A DNA stretch of 39,402 nt, from the NCBI GenBank assembly GCA_964343155.1, contig CAYFHR010000001.1, positions 1-39,402 of the forward strand. Direction: 5' to 3'. Below are positions 27,924-36,573 of this stretch, piece by piece. Made by a program: the position numbers and the translations under genes. Each line of letters begins with the position of its first letter. Positions within the stretch are counted from its first letter, which is position 1. The DNA comes from an uncultured Thermoproteaceae archaeon (lineage in GTDB: Archaea > Thermoproteota > Thermoprotei > Thermoproteales > Thermocladiaceae). Under the pieces are notes generated by a model, which did no database searches, was not told the DNA's origin, and saw only the letters and a program-made list of their open reading frames with translations.

Positions 27924-29705
27924 ATGAGTCCCTCAATGTCACGCTACTTCGAGGAGGGCTATAGGGTTGCCTTCGGTAGGCATAGGGGTTCGCTAATAAG
28001 GTTCATGGGCCTTGCCTTAATACTCCTATTCCCCCAGATTGAGGCCATCATGCTGCATTTCGGCGCACTATATGGCTTAGTATTGTCTCTATTTTACATC
28101 GCAGCAGCCATATTTTTAACATACCTCACCAAGCACCTTGTAGGTGTCGGCAATGCTAAGATGTATTACACGGCCTCTATATTCGTCCTGACAGAATCCG
28201 TGGTAATAGACTTCGCCTTAACCGTTATGCAGGACAAGGTTACTGTACTGATTGGGGCTTTAGCCGCATTAGTCCCCCTATCAACATTATTCTCACTGCT
28301 TAAAGACCCACGCGGCGTCAGGCCAACCTGGAGTTATGTGACAGACTTGGCAATATTCTTCGCCGCGGTCCTTGCCGTACAATTACCGTCCTACACCATA
28401 CTCAGCCTAATGCTCAATAGGCCGGTGGTACCTAGGTTAAGTAACGTGCTATACCTCGACCTGGTGATGTTCAGCATATCCATCGTAATACAATTGGCTA
28501 TGCTTATGCTCCACGGCATTAAAGGCACCTTAAGCTACCTAAAGATGTTTGGGGCATATCTATACGCAATGTTGACGGGCGATGGGTCATTTATGGAGTA
28601 TCACCTAGCCAAGATGGCTAAGGAGTACGACGTCAAGGTCCACGTCGTTAGGATTAATGATGGTGATTCTAAATACGCCCTAATAGTCCCATACGTCCAC
28701 GCAGGCCCCCTAGCCCACGTTGGGGGTGGCGACTTAATACCAATGTTCGTTAAGAGGGGGCGTGAAGCTAGGTTAAACGTAATATACCTACATGGTGTAG
28801 GCGGCCATGAAGTTGACCCAGCGTCGGCTGAGGATGCGGTGAAGATTGTGGATTCGGCAATAGGTGAAGCGGCCAGGTTGATGAATGGCTATAAGGCCAG
28901 GATTAGGGCTAGGCCAATTTCAACAGTCACAGTCGGCGGCGTCAAGTTAACAACACTGCCTATAGCTGATGGTAAAAACCTAGTACTGGTAACCAGGCTC
29001 AATAAATCGATGGATGACATACCGTTGAACATCTATGAGGAGGTTAAGTCAATTGTAGGCCAGGGGATCGAAGACCTAATAATAGTAGACTCGCAGAACA
29101 ACTACAGCTCCGATAACTCATGGACCAGTAAGGATGTTGAGGAATTCGCCTCGGCCATAGCTAAGGTCCTTGAAATGCCGGTTATCGAGGATGAGTTAAA
29201 GATGGGTATAATACACATAGGTAAGTATAGGGTGCCTGGAGCCCTCTTTGAAATAGGGGATAATGGAGTTTACATAATTTTAGAGGAGTTTGGGGGTGTT
29301 AAGGCTGCCTTAGCCGTAGTGGACGGCAACAATATTAGGAGGGACTTAGCCGAGATGCTTAGGGAGGCGTTGAGGAGGTTTAGCGATGTAGCCGAGGTGG
29401 TTACGACGGATAACCACCAGTTTACAGGCTTCTTCGGCTCATCGGGCTACAGCATCGTGGGTGAGATGACTAATAGGAGGGAATTTGTGAGGATTATTGA
29501 AAGGGCCATCTCCAGGATCCACCTAAGGCCAGTGGAGGTGAGCCATAGTGAAGTTAACGTCAGGGTAAGGGTTATTGGGGTTGATGGATTCAGCAGTATG
29601 AGGGCTGCAGCCTCTAAATCGTTAAGCATGGTACCTATACTATCGGGCTTAATCTTCCTCGCACCATTGGCACTATCAATACTGCTGGCACTACTTATAA
29701 TCTAA
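27924..29705 (+). CDS. DUF2070-family membrane protein (predicted neutral-ceramidase-like hydrolase)
   Basis: Multi-TM N-terminus, then YVHAGP, HG..GHE.DP, VDSQN, DGNN, TTDNH. Start moved from 27903 to 27924 because the TATA at about 27889-27896 is too close to 27903. Confidence 0.75.
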   Translation: MSPSMSRYFEEGYRVAFGRHRGSLIRFMGLALILLFPQIEAIMLHFGALYGLVLSLFYIAAAIFLTYLTKHLVGVGNAKMYYTASIFVLTESVVIDFALTVMQDKVTVLIGALAALVPLSTLFSLLKDPRGVRPTWSYVTDLAIFFAAVLAVQLPSYTILSLMLNRPVVPRLSNVLYLDLVMFSISIVIQLAMLMLHGIKGTLSYLKMFGAYLYAMLTGDGSFMEYHLAKMAKEYDVKVHVVRINDGDSKYALIVPYVHAGPLAHVGGGDLIPMFVKRGREARLNVIYLHGVGGHEVDPASAEDAVKIVDSAIGEAARLMNGYKARIRARPISTVTVGGVKLTTLPIADGKNLVLVTRLNKSMDDIPLNIYEEVKSIVGQGIEDLIIVDSQNNYSSDNSWTSKDVEEFASAIAKVLEMPVIEDELKMGIIHIGKYRVPGALFEIGDNGVYIILEEFGGVKAALAVVDGNNIRRDLAEMLREALRRFSDVAEVVTTDNHQFTGFFGSSGYSIVGEMTNRREFVRIIERAISRIHLRPVEVSHSEVNVRVRVIGVDGFSSMRAAASKSLSMVPILSGLIFLAPLALSILLALLII

Positions 29706-29798
29706 AGAATAGTTTAGTGGCTTTAACCAACTGGTGGATGTGGAAACAATTTGGTTAATGCTTTTGAATTTGACGGACCTCAACGTTTGTTTAAGGCA

Positions 29799-30230
29799 TT
29801 ATACGCCCATTGAAACCTTATGGCTACTCCTATCGACTATAGTCTTCGTGTAGGTTTTAGGTTTGAGGCTCTTGACTATGTAGTCGAAGGCGTCCCACGG
29901 CCTTGCATGGCTACCGCACGTATATACGTCGATGGCCGCGTAGTTGTATGTTGGCCATGTGTGTATCGCTATGTGGGATTCGAGGACTAGGGCCACTACA
30001 GAGACCCCGGCCTTATCACCCCCTGTGAAGCGCCATGTCTTAACATCGACGATATGCATGTTAGCGACCTTGGCGGCCTCAATGACGAGTGACCTTAGGT
30101 AGCCTTCATCGCTAAGCTTATCAGCGCTAACACCCCATACTTCACCAAACACATGCCATCCAGTTACCCCCTCCTCATTTAAGGGGGCCTTAGCCCCCTG
30201 ACCGGGGGATTTTAGGCTTCGTTGCAACAT
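29799..30230 (-). CDS. Pyruvoyl-dependent decarboxylase proenzyme of the AdoMetDC family; probably the crenarchaeal arginine decarboxylase paralogue
   Basis: Self-cleavage motif LESHIAIHTWP, DVYTCG, HVFG and the WRFTGGDKAGVSV loop. Confidence 0.85.
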   Translation of the reverse strand: MLQRSLKSPGQGAKAPLNEEGVTGWHVFGEVWGVSADKLSDEGYLRSLVIEAAKVANMHIVDVKTWRFTGGDKAGVSVVALVLESHIAIHTWPTYNYAAIDVYTCGSHARPWDAFDYIVKSLKPKTYTKTIVDRSSHKVSMGV

Positions 30231-30341
30231 CTTTACAGATGCCCAATCCTTTGAGGGGCGCCGTATTTATAAGCATTTCCCTTAATAAAACAGTGCCATA
30301 TTTAGAAAAGCTTAAAATCTCCAAGGGGGCCATTAGTTTAA

Positions 30342-30418
30342 GCCCCGGTAGCTCAGCCTGGGAGAGCACCCGGCTGAAGACCGGGGGGTCCCGGGTTCAA
30401 GTCCCGGCCGGGGCACCA
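30342..30418 (+). tRNA. tRNA-Phe (GAA), intronless, CCA encoded
   Basis: Acceptor stem GCCCCGG/CCGGGGC+ACCA, anticodon arm CCCGG-CTGAAGA-CCGGG (GAA at 30376-30378), T loop GTTCAAGTC. Confidence 0.97.
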
Positions 30419-30458
30419 TTCTGAAAGTTTTAAAACGCATCATTAACCAATATTTAGA

Positions 30459-31604
30459 GTGCGCGCAGATGATGAGGTAGGCGAATACCTATGGAGGATT
30501 TATAGGCCTGATGCAGTAACCATATTTGAGGATCCTGTAGTTAGGGGTAGGTTAAGCTGGTACTACGCGGTTATGAATAATTGGGCCCCCGCCAAATACC
30601 ATATTGCAGCCAGGATTGAGGTCGATGAAGATTACAAATCCATGGATACGGACGGCTTATGGAGGCTTCACGACAGGCTTGGGGAGGAGTTCGATAAGGT
30701 TTGGCTTGAGTTGAGGGATAGGCCTAGGCCAAGCCTCATTAAGGAGCCCATCCCACCCAGATCCTTCCTAGACGTTAAGGTGGAGTTAGCTAATAGGATG
30801 GTTAGGAGGTGTATGCTGTGTGAGAGGAGGTGTGGCGTGGATAGGACTAGGCAGAGGGGTGCATGCCTACTTGACGACAGGGCCAGGGTTGCCTCATACT
30901 TCCACCACATTGGTGAGGAGGCACCCCTAGTACCTAGCGGTACCGTGTTCTTCTCAGGATGCAACCTAAGGTGCGCCTACTGCCAGAACTGGGATATTTC
31001 ACAAAACCCTGAGAGCGGGGTTGAGGTTAGGCCTGATGAATTGGCAGCCATTCAAATCCACCTAAGGTTGACGGGCGCCAGGAACATTAACTGGGTTGGT
31101 GGTGAACCAACCCCCAACATACATGTAATATTGCCGTCCCTGAAAATACTGGCTGAAAAGGGGGTTAACGTACCTCAACTGTGGAACAGCAACCTTTACC
31201 TAACTGTCGAAGGCATGAAGCTCATACTCCACGTCATAGACATCTGGCTCCCAGACTTCAAATACGGTAACGATAAATGCGCATTGAAGTACTCAGTAGC
31301 CCCAAGGTATGTTGAGGTCGTTTCAAGGAACCTTAAAATCATATGCGACAGGGGTGAGGACATCATAATAAGGCACCTTGTGTTGCCGGGCCACGTAGAA
31401 TGCTGCACTAAACCTGTATTGAGGTGGATTGCCTTAAACTGCCCCAAAGCCCTAGTCAACATAATGGACCAATACCACCCAGACTACTTAGTAACCAGGT
31501 TAAGAAAGTACTCCGAGCTGAACCGTAGGGTTACTAGGAGGGAGATGGATGAGGCATATAGGTACGCTGATGAATTGGGCATAGTGTGGAGGCCCATATC
31601 CTAA
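30459..31604 (+). CDS. Radical SAM protein, PflX-like activating-enzyme family
   Basis: CMLCERRCGVDR, HIGEEAPL, FFSGCNLRCAYCQN (Cx3Cx2C), VGGEPTP, DIWLPDFKYG, IIRHLVLPGH. Confidence 0.9.
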   Translation: MRADDEVGEYLWRIYRPDAVTIFEDPVVRGRLSWYYAVMNNWAPAKYHIAARIEVDEDYKSMDTDGLWRLHDRLGEEFDKVWLELRDRPRPSLIKEPIPPRSFLDVKVELANRMVRRCMLCERRCGVDRTRQRGACLLDDRARVASYFHHIGEEAPLVPSGTVFFSGCNLRCAYCQNWDISQNPESGVEVRPDELAAIQIHLRLTGARNINWVGGEPTPNIHVILPSLKILAEKGVNVPQLWNSNLYLTVEGMKLILHVIDIWLPDFKYGNDKCALKYSVAPRYVEVVSRNLKIICDRGEDIIIRHLVLPGHVECCTKPVLRWIALNCPKALVNIMDQYHPDYLVTRLRKYSELNRRVTRREMDEAYRYADELGIVWRPIS

Positions 31605-31655
31605 TACTTGAGGGGCCGGGGCAAAGGCTTAAATACTTAGGGGCCTAGGGTTTGC

Positions 31656-32060
31656 GTGCCTAAGAAGAGGAAGAATAGGGGTAGGCATAAGGGTGACAAG
31701 GGCAGGGAGGCGTATGTATATTGCGATAACTGCGGTAAACTGGTGCCTAGGTCTAAGGCCGTCAGGGTAACCGTACCATACTCACCTGTCCCAGCCGACC
31801 TGGCTAGGGAACTTGAGAAGCAGGGGGCTATAATACCTAGGTATTACGTTACGAAGACCTACTGCATAAACTGCGCAATATACCTGGGCATAATTAAGGT
31901 TAGGGCTGAGGAGGAGCGTAAGGTTAAGGCACCTATACTTAGGATCCAGCAGAGGAGCCAAATACAACTGGGGGCTGCGCAGAGGCCTGCACAAACGCAG
32001 ACGCAGCCACCCACTACACCTCCCGCCCAGCCTCAGGGAGGGCAGGGAGCTACTAAATAA
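31656..32060 (+). CDS. rps26e: 30S ribosomal protein S26e (eS26) with Gln/Pro/Thr-rich tail
   Basis: MPKKRKNRGRHKGDKG, CDNCG..VPRSKA, YCINCAI..GIIKVR. Confidence 0.96.
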   Translation: MPKKRKNRGRHKGDKGREAYVYCDNCGKLVPRSKAVRVTVPYSPVPADLARELEKQGAIIPRYYVTKTYCINCAIYLGIIKVRAEEERKVKAPILRIQQRSQIQLGAAQRPAQTQTQPPTTPPAQPQGGQGATK

Positions 32061-32148
32061 CAATAATAATTTATAGCCTTTATTACAGGATCAACATCTA
32101 AGAGGGATGCATAACAATATTTAGTATTTAACCCACATTATATTAAGC

Positions 32149-32253
32149 CTACTCCTCCTCCCACTCTTCAAACTCCTCCTCAAACTCCTCCCACTCCTCC
32201 TCAGCCTCCTTTACACGAACCTTGCTCCTATCCTCCTTAACCTCCGCCTTCAT
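32149..32253 (-). CDS. Unannotated 34-aa protein with Glu/Trp/Phe tail
   Basis: Manual translation MKAEVKEDRSKVRVKEAEEEWEEFEEEFEEWEEE*; host-like codons (GAG, AAG, AGG, GTT); minus-strand TTAAATAA at 32273-32280. Confidence 0.7.
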   Translation of the reverse strand: MKAEVKEDRSKVRVKEAEEEWEEFEEEFEEWEEE

Positions 32254-32289
32254 AGGGCCTGCTGCTTTAAGCTTATTTAAGATTTACCA

Positions 32290-34359
32290 CTATTTTTGGG
32301 TAATTAACCCATTTTCAGGCTTTAAGGCCTGGTCGAGCTCTATGAAAACCCTCCTCCTTACAGGCCCCTGAACTATGAGCGCCCTAGCTAGGCCGTTTGT
32401 CAAGTGTGGGGCTATGCCTAGTTTAAGCCATTCCAAGTCATCCCTATTCAACATCAGTAGCCTACCCATATTCAATACGTATGAGTCAGGGCCCCCTAAT
32501 GCAATTATCGTCTGTATGTTTTGTAGAATTGCCCTATCTGCATCGTCTAGGTTTTGCGTTATTAAAATGACGCCTAGCCCACTCTTCCTAAGCCCCCTAA
32601 TGTAGAGTTCGAGGAGCCTGCTGCCCATTACGTAGTACGCCTCATCGACGACCAATACGTTTGATAGGGGGCTCCTTCTAGGTGCGTAGAGCCTATATAG
32701 GTGCTCCATGATCATGAGCGTTGCGAAGGTGGTTAGGCCTGGATTACGTATTATGGGTTTGAGGTTGAATACAACCCCCTTCAATACTTCAGGCGGCTCA
32801 ACATAACCCCTCCTGCCTAGGTTTAGGCCTATGAGCCTGTATATGTTCCTCAACTCCACGCTGAGCGTCAGTTTGGGGAGCCTTTCAAAAAGGTCCCTGA
32901 AACTGCCGCTGAGCTTAATCGCCTCGTCGACGTCTTCAAAGACTACCTCTGGTTCGGAGACCTTGAAGGAGTCTATTATGGCGTACGATATGGCTAGGGC
33001 CAGTTCATCCCTATCACCTAGGCTTAGGACGTCTAGGAAGTATTCATCAACGTTAACTACCCTGAGGCCAAGCCCACCATATTCACCGTGGGGGTCTATT
33101 ACTATGGGCCTTAGGCCAAGCGCAATTAGCTTACTTAAAATACTCCTCATGGCCCATGACTTACCCATCCCAGTTGGACCAACTATAATCATGTGGCCTG
33201 AGGGTAGTGAATCCAGGTCCAGGTATACTTCATTGCCTAGCTCATCGAAGCCAAGTTTAACGACCCTACCACCCCCACCTATTGTAGATGCCTTAAAGGG
33301 CATGTATATTGCCAAGTCCCCCGAGAGGGCATCAACCATGAAGCCTTCAGGGGCCCAGTAGGCGTAGTCTGCGAGCCTTGATTGTGAGCAGTCGGCAAGC
33401 CCTGGCACATTCCTGGACTTAAGCAGTATCAGTATCCTCAATGGCGTTTCGCCGGACGATAATCTATCGATGACGTTCCTCCATTGAATAACCTTAACGT
33501 AGCCAACACCCCTCTCCTTAACAACTAGGCTCTCGGAGGCCTTATCATACTCCTTAGGGACCTGTATTGGTAATCTGCTCGACCCATTAATGACTATTGC
33601 GTATTCATTTACAGAGCCCTGGAATGCCTTGGCGAGTGAGTATAGGTCTGATGCGCTGTATTTACTAAACATGTGCCTATCCCTCACAGAAACATACCTA
33701 TACCCCTCACCTGAGCAGACGACCCTTGGAGCCAGCAGGTAGTATATGGTTAACCCAGCTAACGCCGCCCCATAGGCTAAGCCAGGCAACCCATATATTG
33801 CAAGCAGTATCAATGAAGCCAACGCGGTGGGTATGGTAAACCTACCTAATCTACATGGCCTCTGCTTAACTAGGCTAGCCAACTCGCCCCCCTTTAGGCG
33901 CCTAAGTATGAAGTATTCCCCAAGCATCCTCTCCAGGCCCTCAAACGTTTGTAAAGCCTCTATGAAAGGCGGCTCATCTTTGGCCGTCAACCTGATAACT
34001 ATGTCGCTGCCCTTCACGATGAACGTTACGTAGGCGTTGCTATATGTCGATAACCTAAGCGATATTTCATTGATTAGGCTTAGATACCTGTCCGGCTCTA
34101 TATTTGCTAAACCGTATAGTGGGGTTGCCTTATAGAATATGTGCATTAAACCATTTAAAGGGTCATAGACGTAATTCTCCCTAACTATCAACGGAGGCTG
34201 TACTGGGTGGATTATTGATAAGATTTGCAGCATTATGTAGTCGCGGTAGGCCAGCAGTATGGCTAGGTCTATGAGCATCAGGTACCTGTACCTCACCGAG
34301 GCGGCCATTATTAGGGCTGTGGCCAGTATCAATAGCCTAGACGCCTTAATTAAGCTCAT
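32290..34359 (-). CDS. Membrane-anchored HerA/VirB4/FtsK-superfamily ATPase (CedB/TedB-like architecture)
   Basis: Two N-terminal hydrophobic blocks; HMIIVGPTGMGKS (Walker A), IVIDPHGEY, VLVVDEAY (Walker B), RGLRKSGLGVILITQ. ATG at 34359 gives an ATGA overlap with the upstream stop (listed GTG start 34383). Confidence 0.85.
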   Translation of the reverse strand: MSLIKASRLLILATALIMAASVRYRYLMLIDLAILLAYRDYIMLQILSIIHPVQPPLIVRENYVYDPLNGLMHIFYKATPLYGLANIEPDRYLSLINEISLRLSTYSNAYVTFIVKGSDIVIRLTAKDEPPFIEALQTFEGLERMLGEYFILRRLKGGELASLVKQRPCRLGRFTIPTALASLILLAIYGLPGLAYGAALAGLTIYYLLAPRVVCSGEGYRYVSVRDRHMFSKYSASDLYSLAKAFQGSVNEYAIVINGSSRLPIQVPKEYDKASESLVVKERGVGYVKVIQWRNVIDRLSSGETPLRILILLKSRNVPGLADCSQSRLADYAYWAPEGFMVDALSGDLAIYMPFKASTIGGGGRVVKLGFDELGNEVYLDLDSLPSGHMIIVGPTGMGKSWAMRSILSKLIALGLRPIVIDPHGEYGGLGLRVVNVDEYFLDVLSLGDRDELALAISYAIIDSFKVSEPEVVFEDVDEAIKLSGSFRDLFERLPKLTLSVELRNIYRLIGLNLGRRGYVEPPEVLKGVVFNLKPIIRNPGLTTFATLMIMEHLYRLYAPRRSPLSNVLVVDEAYYVMGSRLLELYIRGLRKSGLGVILITQNLDDADRAILQNIQTIIALGGPDSYVLNMGRLLMLNRDDLEWLKLGIAPHLTNGLARALIVQGPVRRRVFIELDQALKPENGLITQK

Positions 34360-34838
34360 ATTGACTTTGGCAGGAGCCTCCACTTAACCCCCTTAACCGA
34401 ATATTCCTTGACACCACCCCTAATGTATCCTAAGGCCTCCTCCTTAGGTATCTTCAATTCCCTTGAAATTACCTCGACAACCTCCTCCTCATTGTAACTG
34501 CCGTTCAATACATACCTAATTAATTTATTCGTGTCCTCAGCCAATGCCGCGGCTATGAATGGGTTCCTACCCCTCTCGACAGCCACCCTGACTAGGTTTA
34601 ATGAGTCCAGGGGCTTATACTGCGATAATGCCCCCATAATTCTATCTATGCACCATTGAGAATATTTGCCGCACCCCTTTGCAAACGAGTTAACCTCCCT
34701 CCTTACGTCAGGGACCTTAACGGAATACTTCTTAACGTTACTTATCCTGGAGGCCCCATGCTCCTCAAGGATCTTTAACCCCCTCTCAAATTCAAGGGCT
34801 AGCTTGGCCAGTTTGCGCCTGGCCGCCATATTGGCCAC
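34356..34838 (-). CDS. Hypothetical basic protein, possible C-terminal winged helix-turn-helix
   Basis: Coupled within the operon; EEEVVEVISRELKIPKEEALGYIRG followed by the beta-like stretch VKEYSVKGVKWRL; alternative ATG at 34829. Confidence 0.6.
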   Translation of the reverse strand: MANMAARRKLAKLALEFERGLKILEEHGASRISNVKKYSVKVPDVRREVNSFAKGCGKYSQWCIDRIMGALSQYKPLDSLNLVRVAVERGRNPFIAAALAEDTNKLIRYVLNGSYNEEEVVEVISRELKIPKEEALGYIRGGVKEYSVKGVKWRLLPKSI

Positions 34839-35109
34839 ACTTAGATAGCCTGTACCTTAACCATGTTTTGAAGAATTCAGATAACCTTGGACTATACCTA
34901 GATATTTCCTCAGCAATATCATCCACCGTAACCTTCTCCAGAATCTTCGTGACCAACTCATCGTCCTCGCCGAATATTTCTAGGAAGTTTTCAAGGAGCT
35001 CTATGGCTATGTCGGTCTTACTCCTCCTCTGCCCATGTTGAACAGCCTTAACCCCCTCATCACCCATTTCCTCACTTAGAATCTTCTTAATCTTCTCAAC
35101 ATCCTTCAT
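34792..35109 (-). CDS. Hypothetical small acidic helical protein
   Basis: ATGA overlap with the ParA/MinD stop; amphipathic acidic helices; no family recognised. Confidence 0.65.
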   Translation of the reverse strand: MKDVEKIKKILSEEMGDEGVKAVQHGQRRSKTDIAIELLENFLEIFGEDDELVTKILEKVTVDDIAEEISRYSPRLSEFFKTWLRYRLSKCGQYGGQAQTGQASP

Positions 35110-35942
35110 CTACCCACCACCCCGAGGTAGACCTTTACTTGGTTGGTTAGCTCCTTTGCAAATTCCTCAAGGGACCTCCTAAATATTGAAGCCTCCCTAT
35201 ACTTAACCGCCAATTCACCCTTAAGAGTCAGGGCCATGGCCACTGGGTCGAACCTTATGACATAGACCCCTCCCCTTATCGTATATCTCCCAGCCTCCTT
35301 AGGGTATCCGTCGAAGTATTCATGGTACTTGTTCACTATTACGTTAACCACGGAGTCCTCGTCAACAACCTTGCTCAACCACCTATACAGCTCATTCAAC
35401 ATTGGTGAATATACCTGACCTGGCTCTGTCACAACGTTAACTATGTCGCTGTAGTGTATCATTATAGGGTATAGTGGGCCTAGGAATGATGGGTTTGAGG
35501 GCATGTCTATGAGGAGTATTAACATGCCTAGCTTAGACAGGGTTGCGAGCATGTTAGTAATCCTGCTTGCCAATACCTCAATGGGTATGTTGAAGACAAC
35601 CCTAGCAACCTTAATGCCCTTAACAAGGCCTGGCGGTATTATCTTAACGTTGGGCTCCTCCTTAGAGTCAACAATGGCTAATTCAGATCCATAAAGCATG
35701 TACTCTATGAAGCCCCCTGAGCCTTCACCATACTCAACCTTATGAAGCCTACTGACCGTAGTGTTACCGTCGAAGCCTAGGTCAAGTATAGCTATGGGTT
35801 CGTCTATTAGCGAAACTATGTTTGCAACAATTGTGCTTTTACCAGTACCACCCTTGGACCCACTCACGAAGGCTACAGGCACCGTTAGGGGCCTTAACGT
35901 GACCGCCACCACATATTGGTTGAGGCCTAGGCTAGTTTTCAC
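35106..35942 (-). CDS. ParA/MinD-family ATPase
   Basis: Deviant Walker A SGSKGGTGKST, A' ILDLGFDGN, Walker B LLIDMPS, VIVNKY, IRFDP. Confidence 0.88.
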   Translation of the reverse strand: MKTSLGLNQYVVAVTLRPLTVPVAFVSGSKGGTGKSTIVANIVSLIDEPIAILDLGFDGNTTVSRLHKVEYGEGSGGFIEYMLYGSELAIVDSKEEPNVKIIPPGLVKGIKVARVVFNIPIEVLASRITNMLATLSKLGMLILLIDMPSNPSFLGPLYPIMIHYSDIVNVVTEPGQVYSPMLNELYRWLSKVVDEDSVVNVIVNKYHEYFDGYPKEAGRYTIRGGVYVIRFDPVAMALTLKGELAVKYREASIFRRSLEEFAKELTNQVKVYLGVVGR

Positions 35943-36035
35943 CCCCAGTTAAGTAGGGCTATGTTTAACGGAATTATACCATACATGCCTCCCACTTAAG
36001 GAAACTGCTTAAAAGGCTCCGTTAAAGGCGGCCTT

Positions 36036-36524
36036 ATGGCCATGCTCATTGTCCTGAAGTTCAGCCAATTGGAACTGGCGGATAAGCTCGTTAGCGAACT
36101 CAGGTCGAGGGGCCTTAAAGCCGCGCTGCTTGATGTTAGGGAGGGTGATAGGGCTAGGAGGGTTAAGGTTGTGTTGGATGAGGTGTCTAAGGCTAATGAG
36201 CCAGTAGTACTCATAGGTATTGGTGGTTCAGGGAGGACACTATTAACCATGCTTAGCCAGGTCAATTCACAGGCCGTTAAAGGCCTGGTGCTCATATCTG
36301 TGCCCAATGTAATAGACTATATTGATGAAATAGCCAGATTCCGTAAACCAACCCTACTCATATGGACTATACAGGACCCCCATGCGCCGGTTGAGGAGGC
36401 TGCATATGTTCAATCAGCCGTCAGGTATGCGTCACTTAAGGTGCTCAGGGGCAATTTAGGCGAGAGCCTGGGCGAGGCGGCATTAGCCATAGGTGAATGG
36501 GTTAATTCAATTAAACCTGACTGA
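36036..36524 (+). CDS. Minimal alpha/beta-hydrolase-fold-like protein, catalytic residues degenerate
   Basis: PVVLIGIGGSG at the nucleophile-elbow position, VKGLVLIS, PTLLIWTIQDP; no His in the expected C-terminal loop. Confidence 0.5.
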   Translation: MAMLIVLKFSQLELADKLVSELRSRGLKAALLDVREGDRARRVKVVLDEVSKANEPVVLIGIGGSGRTLLTMLSQVNSQAVKGLVLISVPNVIDYIDEIARFRKPTLLIWTIQDPHAPVEEAAYVQSAVRYASLKVLRGNLGESLGEAALAIGEWVNSIKPD

Positions 36525-36573
36525 GGCTTAATAGGGGGAGAAAGGTATTAAATACTCCACGAAACCACTAGCT

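Noticed and set aside
29713-29758. TTAACCAA...TTGGTTAA inverted repeat between convergent genes
   Set aside because: Short, AT-rich, with a long spacer; no target-site duplication or second copy to suggest a MITE
30239-30424. 61-aa ORF
   Set aside because: Overlaps tRNA-Phe and two promoters
32150-32210. CTC-rich tract as a microsatellite, CRISPR remnant or terminator
   Set aside because: Explained by Glu codons of the minus-strand 34-aa ORF; no repeat-spacer structure
30342-35942. Integrated plasmid or provirus at tRNA-Phe carrying the ParA/ATPase operon
   Set aside because: No integrase, no duplicated tRNA 3' end seen, core genes (radical SAM, rps26e) intervene, and codon style looks host-like
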